Shown piece by piece: positions 1 through 8,590 of a stretch of 64,000 bases of DNA. The DNA lies in NCBI GenBank assembly GCA_965228875.1, contig OZ245843.1:1780616-1844615 (forward strand), given 5' to 3'. The stretch is from Thalassobaculaceae bacterium. Lineage in GTDB: Bacteria > Pseudomonadota > Alphaproteobacteria > Thalassobaculales > Thalassobaculaceae. How positions within the stretch are numbered: position 1 is the first letter of the stretch; each line of letters begins with the position of its first letter. A model generated the notes under the pieces. That model saw only the letters and a list, made by a program, of their open reading frames with translations, was not told where the DNA came from and searched no databases. The translations under genes were made by a program, and so were the position numbers.

Positions 1-802
1 CGATGCCAGCAGCACGCACATCCCGTATCGCAGCAATCACGTCCTTCAGATTGTCAGGCTTGCCGCCAATCCGCGACGTTAGGGCGACAGAGGCAAACAG
101 CTTCCGCGTTCGCTCGTCCATGCCTTCCCCATAGGCCTTCAAAAACATCGCGATATCTTGCCAAGGGCGTCGCTCCGAACGCGAGACCAGGGCGCCGGAG
201 GCCGCTCGGATGGTCGCCGCCTTATCAACCTCAACCGGATACTTCTCAAAGAAATCCGAAGCCGAGAATACGGGATAGCCTGACAAGGCTTCGTCCGCTT
301 GGGATTCAAGCAAGCTTTTTACCCGCTTCAGCTCAGCATCAATCTTTGGGATTTCAGCGTGCGTACGATCTAGAAACATCAGAGCCTTCGAGTTCGCGAT
401 CTCAGATCTGACATTCTTGGCTGCATCGATTTTGTTCTTCACATCTGGCCATTGCGACGCCTGTACAGGAGATTTGATGCTCGCCAAACCTTGTGTCGCG
501 GTGACCGCGTTCGGCGTCAGTCGGGTCGCTTCATTGTTTGCGAGTAGGCCAATGGCCGTCATGACCTCGGCGTCATCCCGATTTTTCTGAAAATACGAAA
601 CATGAGCGTTGAAAACCGATCGGGCTCCAGCCCAATCACCCGCTTCGACCTTCTCAGAAAGGTCATCGCCCTGATCGAAGAAGATCGAGTATCCGCTTCC
701 CGAACCGCCGGCCAAAGCGCCGAGGCCGCTAGAGCCAGTCGTCTGACATCCAGCTAGGATTAGGACAATGCCTGCGAATGCAATGAAACTGTGAGCCCGC
801 AT
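1..802 (-). CDS. Putative lipoprotein, 3' end runs off the window; not in the ORF track
   Basis: Manual translation from ATG at 802: MRAHSFIAFAGIVLILAGCQTTGSSGLGALAGGSGSGYSIFFDQGDDLSEKVEAGDW..., open to the window edge (about 267 codons). Lipobox LAGC, GAGGGGGG RBS just upstream, AT-richer than neighbours. Confidence 0.85.
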   Translation of the reverse strand, partial: MRAHSFIAFAGIVLILAGCQTTGSSGLGALAGGSGSGYSIFFDQGDDLSEKVEAGDWAGARSVFNAHVSYFQKNRDDAEVMTAIGLLANNEATRLTPNAVTATQGLASIKSPVQASQWPDVKNKIDAAKNVRSEIANSKALMFLDRTHAEIPKIDAELKRVKSLLESQADEALSGYPVFSASDFFEKYPVEVDKAATIRAASGALVSRSERRPWQDIAMFLKAYGEGMDERTRKLFASVALTSRIGGKPDNLKDVIAAIRDVRAAGI

Positions 803-1522
803 TGCAGCCCCCCTCGCTGCTTCTTTCTTTGCGAATGAGGGAATTATCTCTTCCCCAATCGCTGACATGATCTGCATTAGGGTATTGTCTCGACCTGACT
901 GCGTAAATCCCCTCAGAACCACCCTTGAAAAGCGAGTAAAGCGAACACGAACCCATCCGAACCATCAAACTGTTACCAACCCGTACAGTCGCGAGAGACC
1001 GATCGGCTCCTCGCGACTCAGTTCGTCCGGTCTGGTGATGAACAGCCGATGGACCACGGGCTCCGGCAGGCCACACTAAGTCTGATGCTACTCGGAGACT
1101 CGGCTAGGTGTTCTGCGCCAAGCTTTGATGGAGTATTTTTACGCAAGACTGGAAGGCGGCAGTATCGGCTAGGTTCTGCACGGGAGCGCCACGATGACAG
1201 AGGCGGTCCCCATGCTAACCGCCGGTTCTTCCAAACGGACCGGATTCCTGCCCGTCAGCGGCGTCGGCTCGGGTGGCGCCGGCCTCACCAGGGTCCGCCC
1301 GGACGTCGTTGCCGATCGCCTCCTCGTTGCGCTCACGTATCATTCACAAGCGCCGAGTCGCGCAACGGCGCGGTGGCGACGGGCATGGGTGATCCATCCA
1401 CAGCCAAGGCCCGGATTCGTCCCCGGTATTTTCGTCGGTCGGCCGTCCAAGTACCTCGCCATTCGCGCCCGCGCCGGGCTATGGGTTAGAGTCTGTCCCG
1501 AGGAAAATCGAGTCGCCGCCCC

Positions 1523-3055
1523 ATGTCCGACCCCGAGCCCAGCATCGCCCCGTTTCCGGTCTCCGCACCGTCCTTCGCCCCGGCGGAGGCCGAGCCGGCC
1601 GCGTCGGCGTACCGCGAGCCGCCGCACAACCTCGAGGCCGAACAGGCCTTGCTGGGCGCTATCCTGGTGAACAACCGCGCCTATGAGCGGGTCAGCGAGT
1701 TCCTGCGGCCGGAGCATTTCGCCGACCCGGTACACGGCCGGATCTTCGGCGCCTGCGGGAAGCTGATCGACCGCGGCCAGATCGCCACGCCGGTCACCCT
1801 CAAGGGGCTGTTCGACCAGGACGAGGCGCTGGCGGAGGTCGGCGGCGCCCAGTACCTGGTGAAACTCGCGGCCTCGGTCGTCACCGTCATAAATTCCGAG
1901 GATTACGGCCGCGAGATCCGCGACTGCTTCCTGCGCCGCGAACTGATCGACATCGGCGAGACCGTGGTCAACGACGCCTTCGACCGCGACATCGACACCG
2001 CCGCCCAGGAACTGATCGAGAAGGCGGAGAATCAGCTCTTCACGCTCGCCGAAACCGGCGAGGGCGAGAGCGGACTGAAGGAGCTGAAGCTGGCGCTGAC
2101 GGAGTCGGTGTCGATGGCCGAGGCGGCGTTCCGCCGCGACGGCGGGTTGGCCGGCTACTCCACCGGCCTGATCGACATCGACAACCTGCTCGGCGGCCTG
2201 CATCCCTCGGACCTGCTGATCCTCGCCGCCCGCCCGGCCATGGGCAAGTCGACGCTCGCCTCCAACATCGCCTTCCATATCGCCACCGCCTCGATGAACG
2301 AACCGGGCACCGCGCCGCAGCCGGTCGCCTTCTTCTCGCTGGAGATGTCGGCCGAACAGCTCGCCACCCGTATCCTTTCCGAGCGCACCGGTATCGCTTC
2401 GGAAAAGCTCCGCCGCGGCCAGCTCAACAACGAGGATTTCGGCAAACTGGTCGAAGCGAGCCAGGACCTGGAACGGGCGCCGATGTTCATCGACGACACC
2501 CCGGCCATCCCGATCTCGACCCTGCGCACCCGCGCCCGGCGCCTCAAGCGCCAGCACGGTCTCGCGCTGATCGTGGTCGACTACCTGCAGCTCATGCGCC
2601 CGGCCCCCGGCGCGCGGATCGACAACCGGGTGCAGGAGATCTCGGCGATCTCCCAGGGCCTGAAGGCGATCGCCAAGGAACTGGACGTCCCGGTCCTCGC
2701 CCTCTCCCAGCTGTCCCGCGCGGTCGAGCAGCGCGAGGACAAGCGCCCGGTGCTCGCCGACCTGCGTGAATCAGGCTCGATCGAGCAGGACGCCGACATC
2801 GTCATGTTCATCTACCGCGAGGACTACTACCTGCAGAAGGCCGAGCCGATCCAGCGGGTGGAGGAGAGCGCGGAGAAGTTCCACGACCGCTACGACCAGT
2901 GGAAGGAGCGCTGCGAGAAGGCCCACGGCAAGGCCGAGGTCATCATCTCCAAGCAGCGCCACGGCCCGACCGGCGTCGTCACCCTGCAGTTCGACGGCGC
3001 GACGACAAAGTTCAAGAACTACGTCGCCGACGACCACATCCCGGACCACTACTGA
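1523..3055 (+). CDS. dnaB: Replicative DNA helicase DnaB
   Basis: PPHNLEAEQALLGAIL N-terminus, Walker A AARPAMGKS, FFSLEMSAEQL, IVVDYLQL, LSQLSRAVEQR, DLRESGSIEQDAD, KQRHGPTG. Confidence 0.98.
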   Translation: MSDPEPSIAPFPVSAPSFAPAEAEPAASAYREPPHNLEAEQALLGAILVNNRAYERVSEFLRPEHFADPVHGRIFGACGKLIDRGQIATPVTLKGLFDQDEALAEVGGAQYLVKLAASVVTVINSEDYGREIRDCFLRRELIDIGETVVNDAFDRDIDTAAQELIEKAENQLFTLAETGEGESGLKELKLALTESVSMAEAAFRRDGGLAGYSTGLIDIDNLLGGLHPSDLLILAARPAMGKSTLASNIAFHIATASMNEPGTAPQPVAFFSLEMSAEQLATRILSERTGIASEKLRRGQLNNEDFGKLVEASQDLERAPMFIDDTPAIPISTLRTRARRLKRQHGLALIVVDYLQLMRPAPGARIDNRVQEISAISQGLKAIAKELDVPVLALSQLSRAVEQREDKRPVLADLRESGSIEQDADIVMFIYREDYYLQKAEPIQRVEESAEKFHDRYDQWKERCEKAHGKAEVIISKQRHGPTGVVTLQFDGATTKFKNYVADDHIPDHY

Positions 3056-3066
3056 GCCGGACGTCG

Positions 3067-3182
3067 CTGAAGCGCGATCGGTTCAGGGCGAAGCGATCTG
3101 AACCGTCAGTCGCCCTCTATGTCGTTACAGGCATGGAAAACCATACGATCAGACGTTTCCATCCGATCGAGGACCTCCCTAG
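3067..3182. repeat. About 116-bp palindromic intergenic element, copy 1 (CIR/Bru-RS-like)
   Basis: Two internal hairpins (CGGTTCAG 3079-3086 / CTGAACCG 3098-3105; CGATCAGACG 3146-3155 / CATCCGATCG 3160-3169), ends in CTAG, lies between convergent genes; its reverse complement aligns by eye to 12335-12449. Confidence 0.55.
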
Positions 3183-3236
3183 TCCGTCTGTGCCTGTGGG
3201 TTCTTCAGACTGTGGGTTCTTCAGTCTGGGGGGTCT

Positions 3237-3647
3237 TCAGACCGCGAGATCGACGAACGCGCCGCGCTCGGTGCGCTCGCCCGACTCCCCGGCGGAACGG
3301 GCGGCATTGATCGAGCGTTCGGCGTCGCCTTCGCTCAATCCGAACTGCGAGGTGTTGACCGGAGCCTGCGAAGACCCTTCGCCCTCGGCCCGCGCGCTCT
3401 CCTCCTCGGCCACCCGGAGATCGGCTTCTGCCCGCGCCGCATCGCGCGCGGCCTCTGCGGCCGCCTCGCGGGCAGCCTCCAGTTCGGCCGCGGCCTTGTT
3501 TGCGGTCTCCAGGAGCACGACACCGGACCGCAGTCCGCTGCCCAGCGCGATCGACCCGCGAATCCCGAGCGGAACCGCATCGCCCCCAGATCGGGCGCCG
3601 GCTAACGATGACAGCGATTGCGCAGGCAGCGACGATCCGATCGCCAT
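3237..3647 (-). CDS. Hypothetical protein, Ala/Glu-rich helix, C-terminal RGAFVDLAV motif; possibly motility associated
   Basis: 136 aa ORF with AGGAGAG RBS; perfect CtrA box just upstream. Confidence 0.75.
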   Translation of the reverse strand: MAIGSSLPAQSLSSLAGARSGGDAVPLGIRGSIALGSGLRSGVVLLETANKAAAELEAAREAAAEAARDAARAEADLRVAEEESARAEGEGSSQAPVNTSQFGLSEGDAERSINAARSAGESGERTERGAFVDLAV

Positions 3648-3663
3648 GGACCACTCTCCTCTG

Positions 3664-3680
3664 GTTAATCATGTATTAAC
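3664..3680. promoter_or_regulatory. CtrA-binding site TTAA-N7-TTAAC
   Basis: GTTAATCATGTATTAAC: TTAA 3665-3668, 7-nt spacer, TTAAC 3676-3680; exact match to the alphaproteobacterial CtrA consensus. Confidence 0.75.
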
Positions 3681-3739
3681 GAGAGGATTTTAGGCAAGTC
3701 CCATATTGCCCGCCGGGACGCCCGCCGCAACGCTGCGGG

Positions 3740-5107
3740 CTAGATATCGGCGAGGGTTCTGTCCAGACAGCTCCGCAGGGTCGTCACCAGTCGGTCGATC
3801 TCGGCCCGGGTAATCACCAGCGGCGGCGAACAGACCATGGTGTCGCGGACCGCGCGCATGACGAGATTGCTGGCGAAGCAGTGGTCGCGGCAGACCGTAC
3901 CGACCCTGCCGATCGGATCGAAGAAGACCGGGCCGTCCTTGTCCCTGACCAGTTCAACGGCGCCGATCAGCCCCACGCCCCGAACCTCCCCGACCAGCGG
4001 GTGGTCGGACAGGGACCGCAGACCTTCCTGAAGGTAGGGGCCGACATCGTTGCGCACCCGCTCGACCAAGGCCTCCTGCTCCAGGATCCGCAGGTTCTCC
4101 AGCGCGACGGCGCAGGCCACCGGATGACCGGAGTATGTGAAGCCATGATAGAACTCGCCCCCATCGTCGATCAGGGTAGCGGCCACCCGATCGCCGACCA
4201 TGACGGCGGAAATCGGCGCATAGCCCGACGACAGACCCTTGGCGAGCGTCATCATGTCGGGCTTCAGGTCGAAGGTCTCGCTGGCGAACCAGTTGCCGGT
4301 GCGCCCGAAGCCGGTAATCACCTCGTCGACGATGAACAGGATGTCGTGATTGCGGCAGACCCGCTGGATCTCGGGGAAGTAGCTCGCCGGCGGGATGATC
4401 ACGCCGCCGGCCCCCTGGATCGGCTCGGCGATGAAGGCGGCGATGGTGTCGGCACCGAGTTCCTGGATGCGTTCCTCTAGGGCCTGCGCGGCGGCGAGGC
4501 CGAACTCCTCCTCGCTCATGTTGCCGCCGTCGCGCACGAAATACGGCGGGCGGATATGGGAGAACCCAGGCAACGGCATATCCACCTGGGCATGCATGGC
4601 CGTCATGCCGCCAAGGCTGGTCGCGATCATTGTGGAGCCGTGATAGGCGAATTCCCGGCTGATCAGGGTCTTCTTGTTCGGTCGCCCGCGAAGCTGCCAG
4701 AACTGGCGCACCATCCGGACGATCGTATCGTTCGCCTCCGAGCCCGAGTTCGCGAAGAAGACGCGATTCAGGCCCGCCGGGGTCAGTTCCACCAGCTTGG
4801 CCGCCAGTTCGGTCGCCGGCACCGTCGTGGTCTTGAAGAAGGTGTTGTAGTACGGCAGTTCCATCATCTGCCGTGCCGACGCATCCGCGAGTTCGCGCCG
4901 GCCGTACCCGACGTTGACGCACCACAGGCCCGCCATCCCGTCGAGGATCTCGTTGCCCTCGGAGTCCAGCAGGGTGGAGCCCTCGGCCCTGACGATCACC
5001 CGGCTGCCCTCGGCGTTCAGCGCCTTGGTGTCGGTGAACGGATGCCAGTGGTGGGCGGCGTCGCGGCTCTGGATCAGCGCGGTGTCGACGGTGGGAGCGG
5101 CGGTCAT
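3740..5107 (-). CDS. Class III PLP-dependent omega-amine aminotransferase (SpuC-like putrescine:pyruvate transaminase)
   Basis: [56 protein letters not shown] (PLP Lys), HGFTYSGHP. Confidence 0.92.
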   Translation of the reverse strand: MTAAPTVDTALIQSRDAAHHWHPFTDTKALNAEGSRVIVRAEGSTLLDSEGNEILDGMAGLWCVNVGYGRRELADASARQMMELPYYNTFFKTTTVPATELAAKLVELTPAGLNRVFFANSGSEANDTIVRMVRQFWQLRGRPNKKTLISREFAYHGSTMIATSLGGMTAMHAQVDMPLPGFSHIRPPYFVRDGGNMSEEEFGLAAAQALEERIQELGADTIAAFIAEPIQGAGGVIIPPASYFPEIQRVCRNHDILFIVDEVITGFGRTGNWFASETFDLKPDMMTLAKGLSSGYAPISAVMVGDRVAATLIDDGGEFYHGFTYSGHPVACAVALENLRILEQEALVERVRNDVGPYLQEGLRSLSDHPLVGEVRGVGLIGAVELVRDKDGPVFFDPIGRVGTVCRDHCFASNLVMRAVRDTMVCSPPLVITRAEIDRLVTTLRSCLDRTLADI

Positions 5108-5214
5108 GGTGTCCGATCCGGCAATGGCGGCAGGGAACCGAGACTATAGCCTCCTTCCCATCGGACCGGCAGGGGATTCGGCGCGACGCGGGTGCCCCGA
5201 AATTGCCGGCCGCG

Positions 5215-5230
5215 TTAACACATTCTTCAC
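5215..5230 (+). promoter_or_regulatory. Possible imperfect CtrA site TTAA-N7-TTCAC
   Basis: TTAACACATTCTTCAC, one mismatch from consensus, about 55 nt upstream of the small ORF at 5286. Confidence 0.35.
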
Positions 5231-5285
5231 GCGGAACGGCTCATCCTTCCAGCAACGAAATCAGCTGGGACGACGGGGATCGGCC

Positions 5286-5480
5286 ATGACGGACCTGGAC
5301 ATGCACGAACCGCTGGACATCGCCAACTCGAAGGCTATCGAAGCGCTGATCGCCGCCGCTCATGAGGCGGGACTGGCGAGCGCCTATGGCGAAGCCCTCG
5401 AACGGGTCCGGGCGATCGCCGCCGAGACCAGCCGGATGGTGGCCGAGCTCGAGGCGGAGGAGCACCGCACCGCCGCCTGA
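5286..5480 (+). CDS. Small hypothetical helical protein (64 aa)
   Basis: MTDLDMHEPLDIANSKAIEALIAAAHEAG...; GGGGA RBS; fills the gap between two minus-strand genes. Confidence 0.65.
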   Translation: MTDLDMHEPLDIANSKAIEALIAAAHEAGLASAYGEALERVRAIAAETSRMVAELEAEEHRTAA

Positions 5481-5532
5481 CGGAAGCGCCGGCCCTCTGC
5501 CTGACGGCAGCGCCGGTCCTCACGACGGCCGG

Positions 5533-6876
5533 TCAAACGTTCAGCAGCAGATATTCGCGTTCCCAGGCGCTGATCACCTGCAGGTAGGCCCGTGCCTCCT
5601 GCTCCTTGACCTGCGTCAGCACATTCACGAACCGTTGGCCGAGGATGTCGCGCAGCGGCTTCGACCGGTTCAGGCGCAGCAGCGCGTCTTCCAGGTGGCG
5701 CGGCAGGCTGGCCGCCAGATTGTAGGCGCTCCCCTCCACCGGCTTCGAAGGCTCCAGCTCCTCGACCACCCCGAGATAGCCGCAGGCGAGCGACGCGGCG
5801 AACGCAAGGTACGGATTGGCGTCCGCGCCCGGGACCCGGTTCTCGACGCGCCGGCTCTCCGGTCTGGAGACCGGCACCCGGAAGCCCGTGGTCCGGTTGT
5901 CGATCCCCCAATGGACGTTCACCGGCGCGTCCGAGTCCGGCACCAGGCGGCGGTAGGAGTTCACATAGGGCGCGAACAGCGCCATCGACGGCGAGACGTA
6001 TTTCTGCAGGCCGCCGATGAAGTTCAGGAAGAACGCCGAGTTCTCGCCGTCCTTGTCGGCGAACAGGTTCCGGCCGGTTTCGCTGTCCACCACCGAGATG
6101 TGCATGTGCATCGAGCTGCCCGGCTCGTACTGCATCGGCTTGGCCATGAAGGTGGCGTAGACCTTGTGGTCCAGCGCGGCCTGGCGGACCGTGCGCTTGA
6201 ACAGGAAGGTCTGGTCGGCGAGGTCCATGGCCTGGCCGTGGTTGAAGTTGATCTCCATCTGTGCCGCCCCGCTCTCGTGGATCAGGGTGTCGACGTCGAT
6301 CTCCTGGGCGGCGCAGTAGTCGTAGATGTCCTCGAACAGCGGATCGAACTCGTTCACGGCGTCGATGCCATAGGCCTGACGCGCGGTCTCCGGGCGGCCG
6401 GACCTGCCGACCGGCGGCTCCAGCGGATAGTCCGGATCGGTGTTCACCTTGACCAGGAAGAACTCGAGCTCCGGCGCGACGATCGGCGTCCACCCCTTCT
6501 CGGCGTAGAGGTCGAGAACGCGTTTGAGCACGGCGCGGGCGGCGATGTCGACGGGGGTACCGTCGAAGTAGTGGGCGTCGTGGATGACCTGCGCGGTCGG
6601 CTCGGCGTACCAGGGCACCATGCGAATGGTCTCGGCGATCGGCCGCAGGAACACGTCGCTGGCGCGCGGGTCGAGGTCGATCTCATCGATGTATTCGCCG
6701 GTGACCGTCTGGCCGAAGATCGATTCCGGCAGCCGCAGCCCCTGGTCCCGGGTCGCGCGCAGGAACTTCTGTGCCGGCAGGATCTTGCCGCGGGCGATGC
6801 CGGACAGGTCCGAGACGAGGCACTCCACCTCCGTGATCCGGCGTTCACGGATCCAGGCTTCGAGATCGACTGTCAT
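5533..6876 (-). CDS. Glutamine synthetase-like gamma-glutamyl-polyamine synthetase (PuuA/SpuI/PauA family)
   Basis: SDLSGIARGK, VAPELEFFL, HESGAAQMEIN, ATFMAKP, GSSMHMHIS, WGIDNRT, RVENRVPGADANPY; start taken at the ATG of MTVDLE. Confidence 0.92.
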   Translation of the reverse strand: MTVDLEAWIRERRITEVECLVSDLSGIARGKILPAQKFLRATRDQGLRLPESIFGQTVTGEYIDEIDLDPRASDVFLRPIAETIRMVPWYAEPTAQVIHDAHYFDGTPVDIAARAVLKRVLDLYAEKGWTPIVAPELEFFLVKVNTDPDYPLEPPVGRSGRPETARQAYGIDAVNEFDPLFEDIYDYCAAQEIDVDTLIHESGAAQMEINFNHGQAMDLADQTFLFKRTVRQAALDHKVYATFMAKPMQYEPGSSMHMHISVVDSETGRNLFADKDGENSAFFLNFIGGLQKYVSPSMALFAPYVNSYRRLVPDSDAPVNVHWGIDNRTTGFRVPVSRPESRRVENRVPGADANPYLAFAASLACGYLGVVEELEPSKPVEGSAYNLAASLPRHLEDALLRLNRSKPLRDILGQRFVNVLTQVKEQEARAYLQVISAWEREYLLLNV

Positions 6877-7017
6877 GGGGGCCTCGCGGGTTGGTCGCAA
6901 CGATCAATACCGCAGCGCCAGAACCCCGGCAACGGCGCGATGAAGACGTCAGGATCGCGTTGATCGACGGTCAGCAAACGGATTACAGTCGGCTAAACGC
7001 AACTCAAGGTTGGTTCC

Positions 7018-7272
7018 GTGCTGATCATCGGTGAGCAACAGCGGGCGATGATCGAAGCCGAAGGGCTGAACGACCTTGTCGACTTGATCCGCCAGCGTTG
7101 GTCCCGACTCTACCCGTCCCTGACTGCCAGTATTCCGGAACGCCACAGGGACCGGATCCTGCAGGACGTCGTCGCGATGGCGAGGTCCGATCGCGACCTG
7201 ACGATGCGGGAACTCGCCGCGCTGGCGGATGTACTGCTGCATGATCCAGATCTCCGGGATAGCGGAACTTGA
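7018..7272 (+). CDS. Small helical protein coupled to the toxin gene; candidate accessory/chaperone
   Basis: 84 aa, GTG start; its TGA overlaps the TTG start of the toxin (TTGA 7269-7272). Confidence 0.65.
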   Translation: MLIIGEQQRAMIEAEGLNDLVDLIRQRWSRLYPSLTASIPERHRDRILQDVVAMARSDRDLTMRELAALADVLLHDPDLRDSGT

Positions 7273-8246
7273 CGAGCCATTCCGAGAACGACGCCCCTGG
7301 GAATGACGCCCTTGGTAATGACGTCTCCGAGGAGGGAGGTGGTGTCTCGTTGTCCGATGTCGGACATCTCGGGCTGGACGTTGTCGGCTTCGTGCCGGGA
7401 TGGGGCGAACCGGCGGACCTTGCGAACGCCGCCTGGTACGCTACCGAGGGTGAGTACCTGGATGCCGGGCTGTCGCTGCTATCCTTGGCACCGATTGTCG
7501 GCGACGTGCTGGGCAAGGGAGGCCGGGTCGCCAAGAACGTCGGCGGAGCCGCAGCAAAGAAGTTCGCCAAGGCCCTTCAGACCGTGGATTTCGAGAAGGT
7601 TCTTGGGCCACTACGGTCCAACGAACAACTCGGACCCCACATCGACAAGATCATCGAAGCCCTGAAAAAATGGCGCAAGGAGATGGCGGACGACATCCCC
7701 GACTGCACGCCCTCCGGCATGACGCGATGCCCCGGTGTGAAGGCGCCACCGACGACGAGGGTATCGAAGACAGAGGTTCCCAATCAGTATCTCAATCTGA
7801 CTTCTAAAGAACGGAAGGCCTTCGAGAAGGCGCTGAAGGAGATCGAAGAGGCACCAATGGTTCCCAGAAAAGACAAGGCCGTGTTCTATTCCGGTAAAGT
7901 CAATGGCGGAAAAGCCTGGGAACTGGCGGAGGATGCAGCCGCGAAGGGTGAGTACGACTCGATCTCAACCCTTACCGAGAATGTTCTGAATAATCCAGAA
8001 TACAGAAAGACGATCCCGGCCGACACCATGGGATTTCTCGATGTTATGGCGTCCAGGAAACTTGCACGGAATGCATCCGGTGACGTCACAATCATCGGAG
8101 ATGTATCAACAATAAGAAAAAGCAGTGTCTTCAGAAACATTGAGTTGCCAGAACTCCTGAACAACCCGAAGATATCGAACCGCAGCAAAAAACATCTGCT
8201 GGAAATCAAACAACAACTGGATGCGATTCATGGCCCCCTACCGTGA
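7269..8246 (+). CDS. Polymorphic toxin: pre-toxin TG (PT-TG)-like domain plus C-terminal ADP-ribosyl cyclase/NADase-like (Tox-ARC, CD38-like) domain
   Basis: N-part HLGLDVVGFVPGWGEPADLANAAWYATEGEYLDAGLSLLSLAPIVG matches the PT-TG pattern; C-part AVFYSG...ASRKLARNASGDVTIIG...SSVFRNIELPELLNNPKI parallels CD38-family motifs; the 3' half is AT-rich. Confidence 0.75.
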   Translation: MTSHSENDAPGNDALGNDVSEEGGGVSLSDVGHLGLDVVGFVPGWGEPADLANAAWYATEGEYLDAGLSLLSLAPIVGDVLGKGGRVAKNVGGAAAKKFAKALQTVDFEKVLGPLRSNEQLGPHIDKIIEALKKWRKEMADDIPDCTPSGMTRCPGVKAPPTTRVSKTEVPNQYLNLTSKERKAFEKALKEIEEAPMVPRKDKAVFYSGKVNGGKAWELAEDAAAKGEYDSISTLTENVLNNPEYRKTIPADTMGFLDVMASRKLARNASGDVTIIGDVSTIRKSSVFRNIELPELLNNPKISNRSKKHLLEIKQQLDAIHGPLP

Positions 8247-8544
8247 GTTCCAGAAGGTCACCGCGGTTCGGGCCGTTGTCGCCGACCAAGCCGAGGTCGA
8301 GTTCATCAACCGGAACCAGATGGCTTACCGCGTCGGCGATCAGTCGCTCGACCTGACCCACGAAAGCTACATCGATGAGCGCGGCCTTCACGACGGTTGC
8401 GTCGTCGACATTCCCGATGAGTTGAACTGGAACGATGGTCTCCCCGTCACGTCCGTCCAGCGCGATCAGCTGGTTCAGGACTTACGAGCCGCATCGATAG
8501 CCCTGAACACCCGGATCCGGGTGAACGACGAGGGCAGCAAATAG
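8230..8544 (+). CDS. Putative cognate immunity protein (Imm74-like)
   Basis: About 104 aa, overlaps the toxin stop (alternative start 8221); beta-rich start then WNDGLPVTSVQRDQLVQDLRAA helix; Imm74 is the described neighbour of Tox-ARC. Confidence 0.65.
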   Translation: MAPYREFQKVTAVRAVVADQAEVEFINRNQMAYRVGDQSLDLTHESYIDERGLHDGCVVDIPDELNWNDGLPVTSVQRDQLVQDLRAASIALNTRIRVNDEGSK

Positions 8545-8590
8545 ACCGTCCACTGGTGTGCCATAGACGCTGCGCCCCGCGGTCCACGGC

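Noticed and set aside
729..1489. Short ORFs 729..1076(-), 867..1079(+), 1049..1489(+), 1194..1670(+)
   Set aside because: No RBS, motif or codon bias; the convincing gene here is the minus-strand lipoprotein starting at 802.
1523..3055. Possible intein in DnaB or phage origin of dnaB
   Set aside because: 510 aa with contiguous helicase motifs, host-like codon usage and no phage neighbours.
5477..5535. Repeated CTGACGG(A/C)AGCGCCGG as a mini-CRISPR
   Set aside because: Only two or three short degenerate units, no spacer-sized gaps, no cas genes.
6900..8590. Target-site duplication or att sites flanking the toxin cassette
   Set aside because: No convincing direct repeats at either side and no recombinase gene, so mobility is not claimed.
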